A stretch of DNA of 64,000 bases from Candidatus Eiseniibacteriota bacterium (GCA_041946735.1 JBHGAY010000018.1:53337-117336); one strand, 5' to 3'. Shown: positions 47,577 through 57,966, counted from the stretch's first letter. The notes: generated by a model from the sequence alone, not told the origin. Translations and numbers: made by a program.

Positions 47577-50303
47577 TCAGCCGGTCTCGCTCGACTCTCT
47601 CGACAAGCGCCGGCGGCGCAACCGCGCCATCCGGGCGAGCGACGCGATCGCGGCGACGAACGCCACCTCCTCGATCGGCTTGGCGAGATGCATGTCGAAG
47701 CCCTCGAGCAGCGCCTTCGTTCGATCCTCGGCGCGCGCGAACGCCGTCAAGGCGAGGGCGGGGATCTCGCCCCCCTCCTCGGGTGGCCTCTGGCGCACGT
47801 CTCGGATCAGGTCGTAGCCGTCCGCGCCGGGCATCCCGATGTCGCTGACCAGGAGATCCGGAGCGAAGTCGTCCAGCCCGCGCAGTGCCTCGGAAGCCGA
47901 CCCGGCCCCGCGGACGACCGCTCCCCGTCGTTCGAGCAGACGGGCGAGAAGGCTCCGCGCGTCCGCCTCGTCCTCGACGAGAAGAACGCGCACGCCGGAA
48001 AGGACGAGCGGCGGGCGCGGAGCGTCGGGGACTTCGGACCTCACCGGTCCGGAGAGCGGCTTCCGAGCCGCCTCCTCGTGCAGATCCAGCACCGCCATGG
48101 GCAGGGTGACGCGGAAGGTCGATCCTCTCCCCAACCCCTCGCTGGTCGCCAGCACGCTCCCCCCGTGAAGCTCGGTGAGATGTTTGACGATCGCCAGGCC
48201 GAGCCCGAGGCCGCCGAACCGGCGTGTCGTCGAGGCGTCCGCCTGGCGGAACCTCTCGAACAGGTGCGGTAGAAACTGGCGATCGATGCCCTGGCCGGTG
48301 TCGCGGACCTCGATCTCGACGTGAGCGTCCCGCCGTTGCGCCGAGAGCCTCACGCTGCCCTCCCGCGGCGTGAACTTCACCGCATTGGCGAGCAGATTCC
48401 AGATGATCTGCTGCAAGCGCCCCGGATCTCCCTGCACCACGCCGAGCCGCGGGTCGATCGACTTCTGCAGGTCGATTCCTTTCGCGTCCGCCGCCGGCTG
48501 GACCGTCGCGAGCGCCGCCTCCACGACTTCCGCGAGATCGACCTTCTGGATGTCCAGCCGCAGCTTGCCGGAGACGATCCGGCTCATGTCGAGCAGATCC
48601 TCGATCAGCTGCCCCTGCGCGCGCGCGTTGCGCTCGATGATCCCGACCGCCTCGGAGAGATCCTCGCTCGCGCCGACCGACGGCGTGCGCTTGAGCACCT
48701 GCGCCCATCCGAGAATCGCGGTGAGCGGTGTGCGGATCTCGTGGGAGATCGTCGCGAGGAACTCGTCCTTCATGCGGTTCGCCTGCTCCGCCTCGCGCCG
48801 CGCGGAGCGTTCGCTCTCGAGCAGAAGGTCGCGCTCCTCCTCGGCCCGCTTGCGATCTTCGATGTCGACCATCGCCCCGTACCAGCTGACGATCCGCCCC
48901 GCCGCATCGCGCACCGGGGTTGCGCGCGCCACGAAGGAGCGATACTCCCCGCTCCGGGCGCGCACGCGCAGTTCGGTCTGCAGCGGCTCGCCGGCCGCCC
49001 GCGCCTTTCGCCAGCTCTCGATGCGGACCGGCACGTCGTCCGGGTGGATCGCTCGCAGCCATCCGTCCCCGCGCGAGGCCTCGTCGTCCATCCCCGTGTA
49101 CTGGCGCCACTGCTCGTTCCATTCGAGAGCCGCCCCTTCTCCGTCCGACACCCACACGAACGCAGGGATCGTGTTGCGCAGCACCCGCAGCCGCTCCGCC
49201 GCCTCGCGGACCGCCGCCTCGGACTTCTTGCGTTCCGTCAAATCGAGCATCGATCCGATCATGCGGTAGGCGCGACGCGAGTCGTCGCGCGCGATCAGGC
49301 CCCGATCGACATAGACGCCGTACGATCCGTCCCTGCGCCGGAAGCGGTACTCCTCGCTCCAGCGGCTCGCGCCGCTCTCGATCGCCTTGCGGATCGACTC
49401 CGTCACGCGCGCCGCGTCCTCCGGGTGGATCCGCTGCAGGCGGTTGCGGGAGGTGTTCCCGGGATCCTCGGAACGGATGCCGAAGGCCTCTTCGGCCACC
49501 GGACTCCAGTGCACCCGATCGGTCACGAGGTCCCAGTCCCAGAGGACGTCGTTCGTCGCGCGATCGGCGAGGTCGTAGCGCTCGTTCGCGCGCCGGAGCG
49601 TCTCGTCGTGCGCGGAGACGCGGTCGAGCATCTCGTTGAAGACCTTCGTGAGGGAGCCGAGCTCGTCCTCCGCGAAGACCTCCGCCCGAGCGGAGAAGCG
49701 GCCCCCCGAACCCACATCCTTTGCGACCCGGACCAGTTCGTCGACCGGCTTCGTCACCCTCCGTCGAATCGGCGAGGCGACGAGCACTCCGACTCCGACC
49801 GCGACGAGGGCCATCAGGAACGCCCAGGCGACGTTCGTCCAGAGCTCGCGGGTCAGCCAGGTCGTGTCGTACGCGAGGACAAGGGTGCCGATCACGGCGC
49901 CCTGATGCAGCACCGGCTGCCGCAGCAGCATCCAGCTCCCGCGCCGAGCGTCCCGCGGTCCGCTGGCGGGCAGCGCCGGCAACGAACGGGAATCGGCTCG
50001 ATCGAAACGGGCCATCACCCGCCCGGCCGCGTCGTAGAGGACAGCCGCCTTCAGGTTCTCGATCGGCTCCAGGGCATCGATCGTCTCCTGCGCCGCCGCC
50101 GGATCGCCGAAGCGAAGCGGCGCCGCGCAGTGGATCGCGAGCATCTCCGCGTCGCTGCGAACCGACTGGCGCACGTCGGCCAGGTCGCCGACGTAGTTGC
50201 GGGAGAGCAGAAGCGCGGAGACGAGCAGCGCCGTCACCGTCCCCGTCAGAAAGACGAGGAGGACGAGTCGTCCCCGATAGGAATCGAGCCGCTTGCGCAT
50301 CAT
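47577..50303 (-). CDS. Hybrid sensor histidine kinase (periplasmic CHASE8-like, HAMP, 2 PAS, HisKA/HATPase, REC)
   Basis: FLATISHEIRTPL, NLLANAVKFT, DTGQGI, GGLGLGL, LVSDIGMPG; two TM segments. Confidence 0.95.
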   Translation of the reverse strand: MMRKRLDSYRGRLVLLVFLTGTVTALLVSALLLSRNYVGDLADVRQSVRSDAEMLAIHCAAPLRFGDPAAAQETIDALEPIENLKAAVLYDAAGRVMARFDRADSRSLPALPASGPRDARRGSWMLLRQPVLHQGAVIGTLVLAYDTTWLTRELWTNVAWAFLMALVAVGVGVLVASPIRRRVTKPVDELVRVAKDVGSGGRFSARAEVFAEDELGSLTKVFNEMLDRVSAHDETLRRANERYDLADRATNDVLWDWDLVTDRVHWSPVAEEAFGIRSEDPGNTSRNRLQRIHPEDAARVTESIRKAIESGASRWSEEYRFRRRDGSYGVYVDRGLIARDDSRRAYRMIGSMLDLTERKKSEAAVREAAERLRVLRNTIPAFVWVSDGEGAALEWNEQWRQYTGMDDEASRGDGWLRAIHPDDVPVRIESWRKARAAGEPLQTELRVRARSGEYRSFVARATPVRDAAGRIVSWYGAMVDIEDRKRAEEERDLLLESERSARREAEQANRMKDEFLATISHEIRTPLTAILGWAQVLKRTPSVGASEDLSEAVGIIERNARAQGQLIEDLLDMSRIVSGKLRLDIQKVDLAEVVEAALATVQPAADAKGIDLQKSIDPRLGVVQGDPGRLQQIIWNLLANAVKFTPREGSVRLSAQRRDAHVEIEVRDTGQGIDRQFLPHLFERFRQADASTTRRFGGLGLGLAIVKHLTELHGGSVLATSEGLGRGSTFRVTLPMAVLDLHEEAARKPLSGPVRSEVPDAPRPPLVLSGVRVLLVEDEADARSLLARLLERRGAVVRGAGSASEALRGLDDFAPDLLVSDIGMPGADGYDLIRDVRQRPPEEGGEIPALALTAFARAEDRTKALLEGFDMHLAKPIEEVAFVAAIASLARMARLRRRRLSRESSETG

Positions 50304-50917
50304 CCCTCGGCCCCCACCACTCTGCGGGCGAGACGCAGAACCTTCGAGCTTACCGCGAGCCTCGCTCGCTCGATCGCGCCGGGATTCGCTTCGAATCCGA
50401 GCCGTCCCTCCTGCACCACCAGGCCGAGCATGCCGCCGCGATCGGCGAACCCGGGCGCGTCGCTGACCGTCAAGACGGGGAATCCATCCGCGTCGTGGAG
50501 AATCGACGGGATCCGGCCTTCGATCGAGCGGGCGACGTAGAGGAGGTGGATCGCGCGCACGCCGGCCCCGGCGGAGGACCATTCCGCAGCAGACCGCTCG
50601 ACCAGGATCTCCCGGAGCCCGCTGTCGATACGCTCGTCACGAACGATTTCCTGCAGGTGGTCGGCCAGCCGCTCGTCGCCGAGAACGACGACACGCACCG
50701 GATCGGTCGGGCCGGCGAAGCTCTCGGGCGGCCACGCGGTGAACCGGAGGAAGTTCAGGACGAAACCGGCCTTCACCCAGCTCTCGCGCACGGGGTCGAT
50801 CTCCTGGCCGAGGGAGGGGCGAGGCAGCGCCAGCGCCGCGCCCGCGGCCAGCGCCGACGACGACAGCAGCAACAGCAGGAACCGCGAGGCGCGGCCGTTT
50901 CCGCGGATCCGCCTCAT
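50300..50917 (-). CDS. YfiR/DUF4154 family periplasmic protein
   Basis: VKAGFVLNFLRFTAWP, VLTVSD, GGMLGL, FEAN, SSKVLRLA. Confidence 0.9.
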   Translation of the reverse strand: MRRIRGNGRASRFLLLLLSSSALAAGAALALPRPSLGQEIDPVRESWVKAGFVLNFLRFTAWPPESFAGPTDPVRVVVLGDERLADHLQEIVRDERIDSGLREILVERSAAEWSSAGAGVRAIHLLYVARSIEGRIPSILHDADGFPVLTVSDAPGFADRGGMLGLVVQEGRLGFEANPGAIERARLAVSSKVLRLARRVVGAEG

Positions 50918-52941
50918 GGGCGCCAGCTCGCCTCGACGTAGAAGCCGCGTGGGACTTCCTCGTCCCCCAGCTCGCGCGTCCGGCCCTGCTCCAGGTGCTG
51001 TCCCCACAATCCGAGCGACCATCGGGGGCTGGGATCCCACACGATTCCGCCGTCGAGACGGGTGTAGGCGCCCACGTGCGACTGCGGGAGATCGCCGGCG
51101 TAGAAGGCGAGCAGGTTCAGCTCGAGAGCGCCGGGGAGGGCGAGGCTCGAGCGCAGCTGCCCGAGATGGCGCGGCGTGTTCCCCTGCTCGAACCGGAGCA
51201 CGTCCCCATCGTGCTGGACCTCGGTGAAGGCGTATCCGGCCTGAAGGAACCACTGCGGGACGGGCCGCCAGGAGCCGGACAGATCGACTCCTCGGCTCCG
51301 GCCCGATCCCCCGTTGTCGAAGCGTCCGAGCTGTCCGGGCGGCACCGAGATCAGCCGGTCGTACTCGTTCCAGAAGAGCGAGGTGGAGAGCGTGATCGAT
51401 CGGCCGGCGCGCATCCGATGCCCCAGCTCGTAGGCGAGGAGATGCTCCGACAGCAGGTCGCGATTCCCCTCCACTCCGAGCGGGACGTAGGTGCCGGTGG
51501 GCGGGCCGCCGGCCAGGATCCCGGGATCGACGATCCCCAGGACGAAGCGACCGTCGAGCTCGATGCGGGTCGGAAGCCGGATGGGCCGTGACAGGGCAAC
51601 CCAGAGCATCTGCGAGTCGTTCGGCGTCCACCAGAGGCGGGCGCTCGGCTGCGCCTCGAATCCGGTGAACGTCTGCCTCGTCAACTTGCTGCCGAGCATC
51701 ACGTGCAACCGATCGCGCGCGAAGTCGCTCGTGTTCTGGAGAAACCCGCTCCACAGCTCGATCGTGCGGTCGGCCGGATCGAGCCCGATGTCGCCTCCCG
51801 GCTTCGTCCGGTCGCTCGTGCTGCGATACCCGATCCCCCAGAGCAGCTCCTGCCCGCGCCGCCACCGCAGATCGTGCCGCAGATCTACGTCCGCCGTGAT
51901 CCTGTCGACCTCGAGGCCACCGATCCTCTCGCGATCGGCCCGGTCGAGGTAGGCCTGCGCCGCCAGGCTTCCCGCGCCGGCGAGATCGCGCCCGAGGCGC
52001 GCCAGCACGTGGCCGCCGCGCACTTCGTCGTCGCCGGAGAGGACCTCGTAGCGCAGGTGCGCTCCGTCCACCGGCACGCGGCGGCGCGCGCCCAATGTCG
52101 GGCTGGCATAGAGGGACGATTCGAGGAGCAGGGAGGTCCGGGGATCGGGCTCGGAGTCGAGACGGAACCCGGCCTGCGCCAATGACCAGTCGTCCCCCGC
52201 GCCTCCGTCACCGATTGCGTGCATCTCGTCTCGCGCGAATCCGCTCGCGTAGGCGCGGATCGAGCTTCGGCTCCCGAGCGAGGCGCCCGCGCGGAGCGTC
52301 CCGAACGCCCGCAGATCGCTGCCGCCGCCGGCGGTGACGATCACTCCCTTCGTCTCGGACGCTCTCCGGGTGATCACGTTGATGACCCCGTTGACCGCGT
52401 TCGGGCCCCAGAGCGTCGCTCCCGGCCCGCGGATCACTTCGATGCGCTCGATCTCCTCGACGACCGGCTGCTGCACGTCCCAGAAAACGCCGCCGAAGAG
52501 CGGGTCGTAGACGATGCGGCCGTCGATCAGGACGAGGCTGCGCGGACTCGGCAGCGACGCTCCGGTGAAGCCGCGCGGGCCGGCCCGCCAGAAGCTGCTC
52601 GTCTGATGTCCGACGAACATTCCAGGGACGAGCCGCAGAATCTCCGGAAGGCTTCGCAGCCCGCTGCGGCGAATGTCGTCCGCGGTCAGCACCGCGATCG
52701 CCGCCGGCGTCCGGAACCATTCCTTCGGCAAGCCGGCCAGAGAGGTGACGTCGATCGCCATCAGCTCCTCGAGCGAGAGCCTGCGGATCCGGTCGAGATC
52801 GAGAGGCCGGTCGCTCCATTCGGGCTCCGCGAAGGCGCTCGAGGCGGGACAGAGGAAGGTCAGGAGGATGGCCAGCGCATACGCGAGGCGGAGTCCATTC
52901 GCCCTCAGGACGATCGAACCGCCAGCGCGCACTCCCGGCAT
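50914..52941 (-). CDS. TonB-dependent receptor
   Basis: LSLEELMAIDVTS, LVLIDGR, IERIEVIRGPGATLWGPNAVNGVINVIT plug; beta-barrel; start approximate. Confidence 0.92.
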   Translation of the reverse strand: MPGVRAGGSIVLRANGLRLAYALAILLTFLCPASSAFAEPEWSDRPLDLDRIRRLSLEELMAIDVTSLAGLPKEWFRTPAAIAVLTADDIRRSGLRSLPEILRLVPGMFVGHQTSSFWRAGPRGFTGASLPSPRSLVLIDGRIVYDPLFGGVFWDVQQPVVEEIERIEVIRGPGATLWGPNAVNGVINVITRRASETKGVIVTAGGGSDLRAFGTLRAGASLGSRSSIRAYASGFARDEMHAIGDGGAGDDWSLAQAGFRLDSEPDPRTSLLLESSLYASPTLGARRRVPVDGAHLRYEVLSGDDEVRGGHVLARLGRDLAGAGSLAAQAYLDRADRERIGGLEVDRITADVDLRHDLRWRRGQELLWGIGYRSTSDRTKPGGDIGLDPADRTIELWSGFLQNTSDFARDRLHVMLGSKLTRQTFTGFEAQPSARLWWTPNDSQMLWVALSRPIRLPTRIELDGRFVLGIVDPGILAGGPPTGTYVPLGVEGNRDLLSEHLLAYELGHRMRAGRSITLSTSLFWNEYDRLISVPPGQLGRFDNGGSGRSRGVDLSGSWRPVPQWFLQAGYAFTEVQHDGDVLRFEQGNTPRHLGQLRSSLALPGALELNLLAFYAGDLPQSHVGAYTRLDGGIVWDPSPRWSLGLWGQHLEQGRTRELGDEEVPRGFYVEASWRP

Positions 52942-53178
52942 GAGCCTCCTCTCGATTGCGGCCGCGGCGGAGCGGTCGCGGCGCGGAATCGTTGCGAATC
53001 CGCAGCTGCCCGCCGGCCGGTCGAGAAGCGGCAGGGACGCAGGCGAGCGGCGACATGGAGGGACGGCGATGCGACCGCGGCGACGCGCGGGCGCCTCGCA
53101 ATCCACCGCGGACAATACGTGAGGCGAAAGCGCAGAGGAAATGGCTCGATCGCTGGAAAACAGGCGTTCGGGCGGCCC

Positions 53179-54522
53179 TCAGATCGGCCGTTCGCCGTCT
53201 TCACGAAAACGGACCGCCGCGGCCGCCGCTACTCCGGCCCGCCGTCCGCTCGACCATGCCCACTGGAAGTTGAAGCCGCCGATCCTCCCGTCGACGTCGA
53301 GCATCTCGCCGGCGAGATAGCAGCCGGGCTGCACGCGCGACTCCATCGTGCGCGGATCAATCTCGGCAAGATCGACGCCGCCAGCCGTCACCTCGGCGAA
53401 ATCCCATCCACGCGTTCGTTCGACCGGCAGCGCGAGCTCGCTAAGGGCGTGCGCGAGCCGGCGCCGCGCATCGCGGCCGAGCTGCGCGAGCGGGGTCGAG
53501 GGATCGATCCCGGCGTGTTCGCACAGCGCGCCGGCAAGGCGCTCCGCGAGCCGTTCGCCGACCACGCGCCCGATGCTTCGCCGAGGCGCCTCGCGCGCGC
53601 ACGCGAGAAGCCATCGCTCGGCCGCCTCGAACGGCTCGCGCAGCAGCGACACCCGGATCCCCGGCTCCTCGCCCCGCACCTGTGCGGCTCCCCACGCGTG
53701 ACTCGCGTCGAGGACCACGGGGCCGCTGACGCCGAAGTGCGTCCAGAGCAAGCCTCCCTCGCGCTCCTCGATCCGGCGCCCCGCGGAGAGGACGGTCAGG
53801 CGCACCACCTGCGAGAGGCCCGACAGCCGGCCGTGGAAGAAGGATCGGTCGAGGACGAGCGGCACCAGCGCCGGATGGGTCGGCGTGACCGTGTGGCCGA
53901 GCGAGCGGGCGATCGCGAGCCCGAGGCCGTCGCTTCCCGTGCGCGGGAGCGAGCGACCGCCAGTCGCGAGGATCGCCGCATGCGCCTCGATCTCCCCTCC
54001 TGCGTGACGGACGGCGAATCGTGGTGCCGTCGTCCTCACGCCCTCGCCATCCGCCCGCTGCATCGGCACGATCTCCTCGATCCGGCACCCCGTTCGGATC
54101 GACACGCCCAGCGCCTCACAGCGAGCGAGAAGCGCTTCCAGGACGGTGGCGGCGCGCTGGCTCACCGGAAAGAGCTTGCCGGCCTCCTCGCGCTGCAGCT
54201 CGACTCCGAGGGACGCGAACCACGCGATCGTCGCGGGAACGTCGAAGCCGGCCAGGACCTGGCGGACGAACGGCAGCGAGGAGGCGTGGAAATCCTCCGC
54301 GCGCACCGTCTCGTTCGTGACGTTGCACCGTCCCCCTCCCGAGACGAGAATCTTGGCGCCGAGCTTCCGCGCGCCATCGAGCAGGAGAATCGCCGGGCGG
54401 GGCGGGCGCGGCGCGTGTGACGCTTCGCCATCCGGCCGATCCCACGCCTCGGCCGCGAAGATCGCCGCCGCAAGACCGGCCGCGCCGCCTCCGACGATCG
54501 CGATGCGGCAACGCTCGTTCAT
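53179..54522 (-). CDS. NAD(P)/FAD-dependent oxidoreductase, HI0933/BaiN/YhiN family
   Basis: GGGAAG, KILVSGGGRCNVTN, ATGGRS, THFGVSGP, VTAGGV, GGFNFQWAWSSG. Confidence 0.95.
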   Translation of the reverse strand: MNERCRIAIVGGGAAGLAAAIFAAEAWDRPDGEASHAPRPPRPAILLLDGARKLGAKILVSGGGRCNVTNETVRAEDFHASSLPFVRQVLAGFDVPATIAWFASLGVELQREEAGKLFPVSQRAATVLEALLARCEALGVSIRTGCRIEEIVPMQRADGEGVRTTAPRFAVRHAGGEIEAHAAILATGGRSLPRTGSDGLGLAIARSLGHTVTPTHPALVPLVLDRSFFHGRLSGLSQVVRLTVLSAGRRIEEREGGLLWTHFGVSGPVVLDASHAWGAAQVRGEEPGIRVSLLREPFEAAERWLLACAREAPRRSIGRVVGERLAERLAGALCEHAGIDPSTPLAQLGRDARRRLAHALSELALPVERTRGWDFAEVTAGGVDLAEIDPRTMESRVQPGCYLAGEMLDVDGRIGGFNFQWAWSSGRRAGVAAAAAVRFREDGERPI

Positions 54523-54632
54523 GGAGGGGAGGATACCGCCGGGGCGCCGGCCTCGCCGGAGGCCTGCGCGCGGGAACCGAGGACAGCCTCCGTAGTTCGA
54601 TCCCGGTCCACGAACCGGGGAAAGGAGTCGCC

Positions 54633-55604
54633 GTGATTCCGAAACGCTCGTCCGGCTTCCGTCCTTCGGCCGCATCGACGGCAACCACCGCCGCGCTGCT
54701 GCTCGGCCTCGCGGCCTGCCTCGCCCTGCCTTCCCCGGCATTCTCTTCTTCCCCGGCGATCGCGAGCACGCCCGGCGCGCCGCGCCTTCCGGTCGAGCCC
54801 GAGCATGCGCGGATGCGCCTGATCGCCGACTGCACGGCGCTGCATCCCGCGGAAACCGCGCACCTCGGCATCCTCTTCGATCTGGATCCCGGCTGGCATC
54901 TCTACGGTCCCGGACGGAGCGATAGCGGACTGCCGATCGAGATCTCGCTCGACACTCCCGATGGGATCGTGGCGGGACGGACGCTCTGGCCCGCCCCCGA
55001 GCGGCTCGTGTCCCCCGGCGGCATTCTCGATCAGGTCTATTCGGGGACGGTCCTCGTGATCCTCCCGATCCACGTCTCGCCCAATCTGCCCCCCGGCTCC
55101 CCGGCCTCCTTTCGCGTCGATGTCTCGTGGTTGGTGTGCGGCACGGGCTGCCTTCCCGGCGAAGGGGTCGACCAGATCACCCTCCCCGTTCTTGCCCGGA
55201 CCGACTCTCCGCGGCCGTCCCCGGAGGCGCCCCTCTTCCGCGAGACGTTCGCCCGCATTCCACGCGAGATCTCCGCGGCCGACCCGGTTCGCTTCCAGTG
55301 GCGGGAGGGAGCGTGGACGGTCCGCGCCTCGGGCGCCCGGCGCATGACCTTCCACCCCGCCGACTCCTGCGCCGTCCTGCTCGATCCGATTCGCGACGGC
55401 GCCGCGAACGGCCCGCGCCTGACGCTGCGCACCGCGCCGGTCGCGATGCCGCCTCCCCGCCTGTGCGGGGTGCTCGAGGTCGGCTATGCCGGCCGGAACG
55501 CCTATTACCAGATCGAAGTCCCCGGGCGCCCTATCGAACCGCAAAGGATCGAGCGGCGACCGGACCAGCCGATACAACGCCCCCAGCGATCGATCCGCTC
55601 CTAG
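54633..55604 (+). CDS. DsbD N-terminal-like (protein-disulfide reductase) secreted domain protein
   Basis: SD AAAGGAG; signal peptide; GWHLY...SGLP...WPAP...WLVCGTGCLPG. Confidence 0.8.
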   Translation: MIPKRSSGFRPSAASTATTAALLLGLAACLALPSPAFSSSPAIASTPGAPRLPVEPEHARMRLIADCTALHPAETAHLGILFDLDPGWHLYGPGRSDSGLPIEISLDTPDGIVAGRTLWPAPERLVSPGGILDQVYSGTVLVILPIHVSPNLPPGSPASFRVDVSWLVCGTGCLPGEGVDQITLPVLARTDSPRPSPEAPLFRETFARIPREISAADPVRFQWREGAWTVRASGARRMTFHPADSCAVLLDPIRDGAANGPRLTLRTAPVAMPPPRLCGVLEVGYAGRNAYYQIEVPGRPIEPQRIERRPDQPIQRPQRSIRS

Positions 55605-55643
55605 CATCGAGCGGCTCGAGGAACACCGAGGAGGAGAAGACCG

Positions 55644-56378
55644 ATGATCCTGCGCCTGCCCACTCGCCCGCGCCTGCGCGCCCGCGTCCCCGCCGCGAGC
55701 ATCCGGCCGTTCGCCTTCCCCGCCTTCCCCGCTATCGCATCCGCCACGATCGCCTTCGCCGCGATCGCCACCGCTGCTCTTCTCACCCCGCCGCTGCCGC
55801 TGCCGCTCGTGACCGAGGCCGCCGCCGCGAGCGACGTGGCGACGCCCGGGGCCCCGGCTCCGGATTTCACGCTGAAGGACCTCGACGGCAAGACGCACAC
55901 GCTGTCCGAGTACACGAAGCAGGGGAAGGTCGTCGTCCTCGAGTGGTTCAATCCGGACTGCCCGTTCGTCCAGAAGCACCACAAGCTCACTCGGAACATG
56001 CTCGACACCGCGGACCGCTACCGCGCGAAGGGGATCGTCTGGCTGGCGATCAACTCCGGCGCGCCCGGGATGCAGGGGGCTGGGCTCGAGCGCAACCGCA
56101 GCGCGCGCGACGAGTACGCGATGGACTATCCGATCCTGCTCGATGATTCGGGGGACGTCGGCCGCGCGTACGGAGCGAAGACGACGCCTCATATGTACGT
56201 GATCGACGCGAAAGGGACGCTGGTCTACAAGGGGGCGATCGACGACGACAGGAGCGCCCGCGCGCTCGGAAAGACGAACTACGTCGCGCGCGCCTTGGAC
56301 GAGCTGCTTGCCGGCAAGCCGGTGACCCAGGCCGAGACCGCCTCCTACGGCTGCTCGGTGAAGTACAAGGCCAGCTAA
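55644..56378 (+). CDS. Secreted thioredoxin-fold (AhpC/TSA, redoxin) protein
   Basis: APDFTLKD, VLEWFNPDCPFV, YGAKTTPH, YKGAIDD, YGCSVKY. Confidence 0.92.
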   Translation: MILRLPTRPRLRARVPAASIRPFAFPAFPAIASATIAFAAIATAALLTPPLPLPLVTEAAAASDVATPGAPAPDFTLKDLDGKTHTLSEYTKQGKVVVLEWFNPDCPFVQKHHKLTRNMLDTADRYRAKGIVWLAINSGAPGMQGAGLERNRSARDEYAMDYPILLDDSGDVGRAYGAKTTPHMYVIDAKGTLVYKGAIDDDRSARALGKTNYVARALDELLAGKPVTQAETASYGCSVKYKAS

Positions 56379-57250
56379 GCGGCAGGCCACCGGCGCGGGC
56401 CCCGCGGCGGCACTGCGGCGGCCCAGCGCTCGATCGCCGCGAAGGCGAGGGCGATCGCGATCCCGGCGATCGTGTCGAGGGCGAAGTGCCAGCGGCCATA
56501 GACGGTCGCAAGGAGCATTCCCGCCGTCGGCAACAGCGCGATCGTGAACCACCGCCTCTCGTAGCGCCACGCGAGCAGGAGGGCCAACGTCCCCAGCGCC
56601 GCATGGCTGCTCGGGAACGCGCCTCCCACGACGCCACCCGCCCGCGCCGCCGCATGCGTGAGACCGTAGAAGACCCCCCGGTCGAGCGGCGGCGGCAGCG
56701 GCGGGTAGGCGTAGAGCGGACTCGTCGCCGGTAGCCAGACGTAGAAGATCTGGCAGAAGAGGAAGCAGCCGGTGAGCCACGCGACGACGCGGCGGAGGTT
56801 CCGTTCGTGGCCTCGCACGGCGAGCAGGATCGCCGGCATCGGCACGAGCAGGAAGTAGGCGAAGTAGCAGGCATGCAGGACTTCGGAAAGCGCCGGCCAA
56901 GGCATCGCCTGCGCGAGGAACAAGCTCGGCTGCCCGCCGAAGATCGCCCCCTCCAGCCGCTCGAGCGGCCCGTCCAGGATCCAGCGATCGAGGCCGACAT
57001 TGATCCTGCCGCTCAGGCCGTAGAGCGGCGGGAACAGGGCCAGCGGAACCAAGGCCCGCGCCCGGTCGAGCGCCGGGATTCCGGACGCCCGGGCCCGCGC
57101 GAGCGCAAGCAGCGACGCGCCGCCGAGACCGGCAACCAGCACGATCGCCAGCGCGCCAGGCGGACGCAGCGCCGCGGCCGAGGCGGCCGCGAAGAGCAGC
57201 CAGGCGCCGAGCAGCGTTTCCGCGACGAACGGCGGCCAGGCCGTCGCTAT
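56375..57250 (-). CDS. PAP2-family membrane phosphatase/phosphotransferase
   Basis: LPATSP, GAFPSSHAA, TVYGRWHFALD; start codon unresolved. Confidence 0.8.
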   Translation of the reverse strand: MATAWPPFVAETLLGAWLLFAAASAAALRPPGALAIVLVAGLGGASLLALARARASGIPALDRARALVPLALFPPLYGLSGRINVGLDRWILDGPLERLEGAIFGGQPSLFLAQAMPWPALSEVLHACYFAYFLLVPMPAILLAVRGHERNLRRVVAWLTGCFLFCQIFYVWLPATSPLYAYPPLPPPLDRGVFYGLTHAAARAGGVVGGAFPSSHAALGTLALLLAWRYERRWFTIALLPTAGMLLATVYGRWHFALDTIAGIAIALAFAAIERWAAAVPPRGPRRWPAA

Positions 57251-57966
57251 CCCTCCCTCGGGGCCGGCGGGAGCGGCGCCGGCGGCGGCGCTGCAGGTGG
57301 CGGTGCCGCCGGCGGTGGCGGCGCGGCCGGCGGGGATCCGAAGAGGTACCGCCGTCCATCCCACAGGACCGGGATGCCGCGGACGATCGCGAAGACCGCC
57401 GTCGCGTAGACGAGGACGTTGGTCGCCACGCGGAAGCCCGAGGCGAAGCCGCCGTGCGCTCCCATCCGATCGAGGGCGAGGACGACTCCGAGCGCGCAGA
57501 ACGCGACCGCCTTCAAGATCCCGTAGCTCGCGCGGCTCCATCGCGAGGCGGTCAGCTCGCGAGCCCAGCGCGTCTCCATCATCGTCTTCTTCCCGAAGGG
57601 GGTCTTCCCCTTCTGGAAGGCGAGCGATCGCACCATGTCGGTCAGAACGGTCCGCGTCACGATCGCGACCGGCACCCAGTAGGGAACGAGCGGCTCGCCC
57701 GAGGGCCCGCGCCGCACCGCGAAGAAGACCCACAGCACCAGCTCGACGATCCGGTCGCCGGCGATGTCGATCATCGCGCCGGACTCCGAATCCTCGTGCC
57801 GTTTGCGCGCCACCCAGCCATCGACCGCGTCCAGGAAGATCACGACCGCCAGCAGGACGACCATCGCGAGGTCGAGTCCCCACCAGTGAAGCTGGGTCTT
57901 GCGCGCCCAGACGAGGATCGGCACGAACAGGAGGAGGACGCGAGCCAGCGTGATCAGGTTCGCCAC
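57247..57966 (-). CDS. CDP-alcohol phosphatidyltransferase family protein
   Basis: ANLITLAR; DAVDGWVARK...GAMIDIAGD signature. Confidence 0.92.
   Translation of the reverse strand: MANLITLARVLLLFVPILVWARKTQLHWWGLDLAMVVLLAVVIFLDAVDGWVARKRHEDSESGAMIDIAGDRIVELVLWVFFAVRRGPSGEPLVPYWVPVAIVTRTVLTDMVRSLAFQKGKTPFGKKTMMETRWARELTASRWSRASYGILKAVAFCALGVVLALDRMGAHGGFASGFRVATNVLVYATAVFAIVRGIPVLWDGRRYLFGSPPAAPPPPAAPPPAAPPPAPLPPAPREG

Noticed and set aside
54633..56378. Selenocysteine or stop-codon read-through in the redox genes
   Set aside because: No in-frame TGA at the catalytic positions; the frames are intact with Cys
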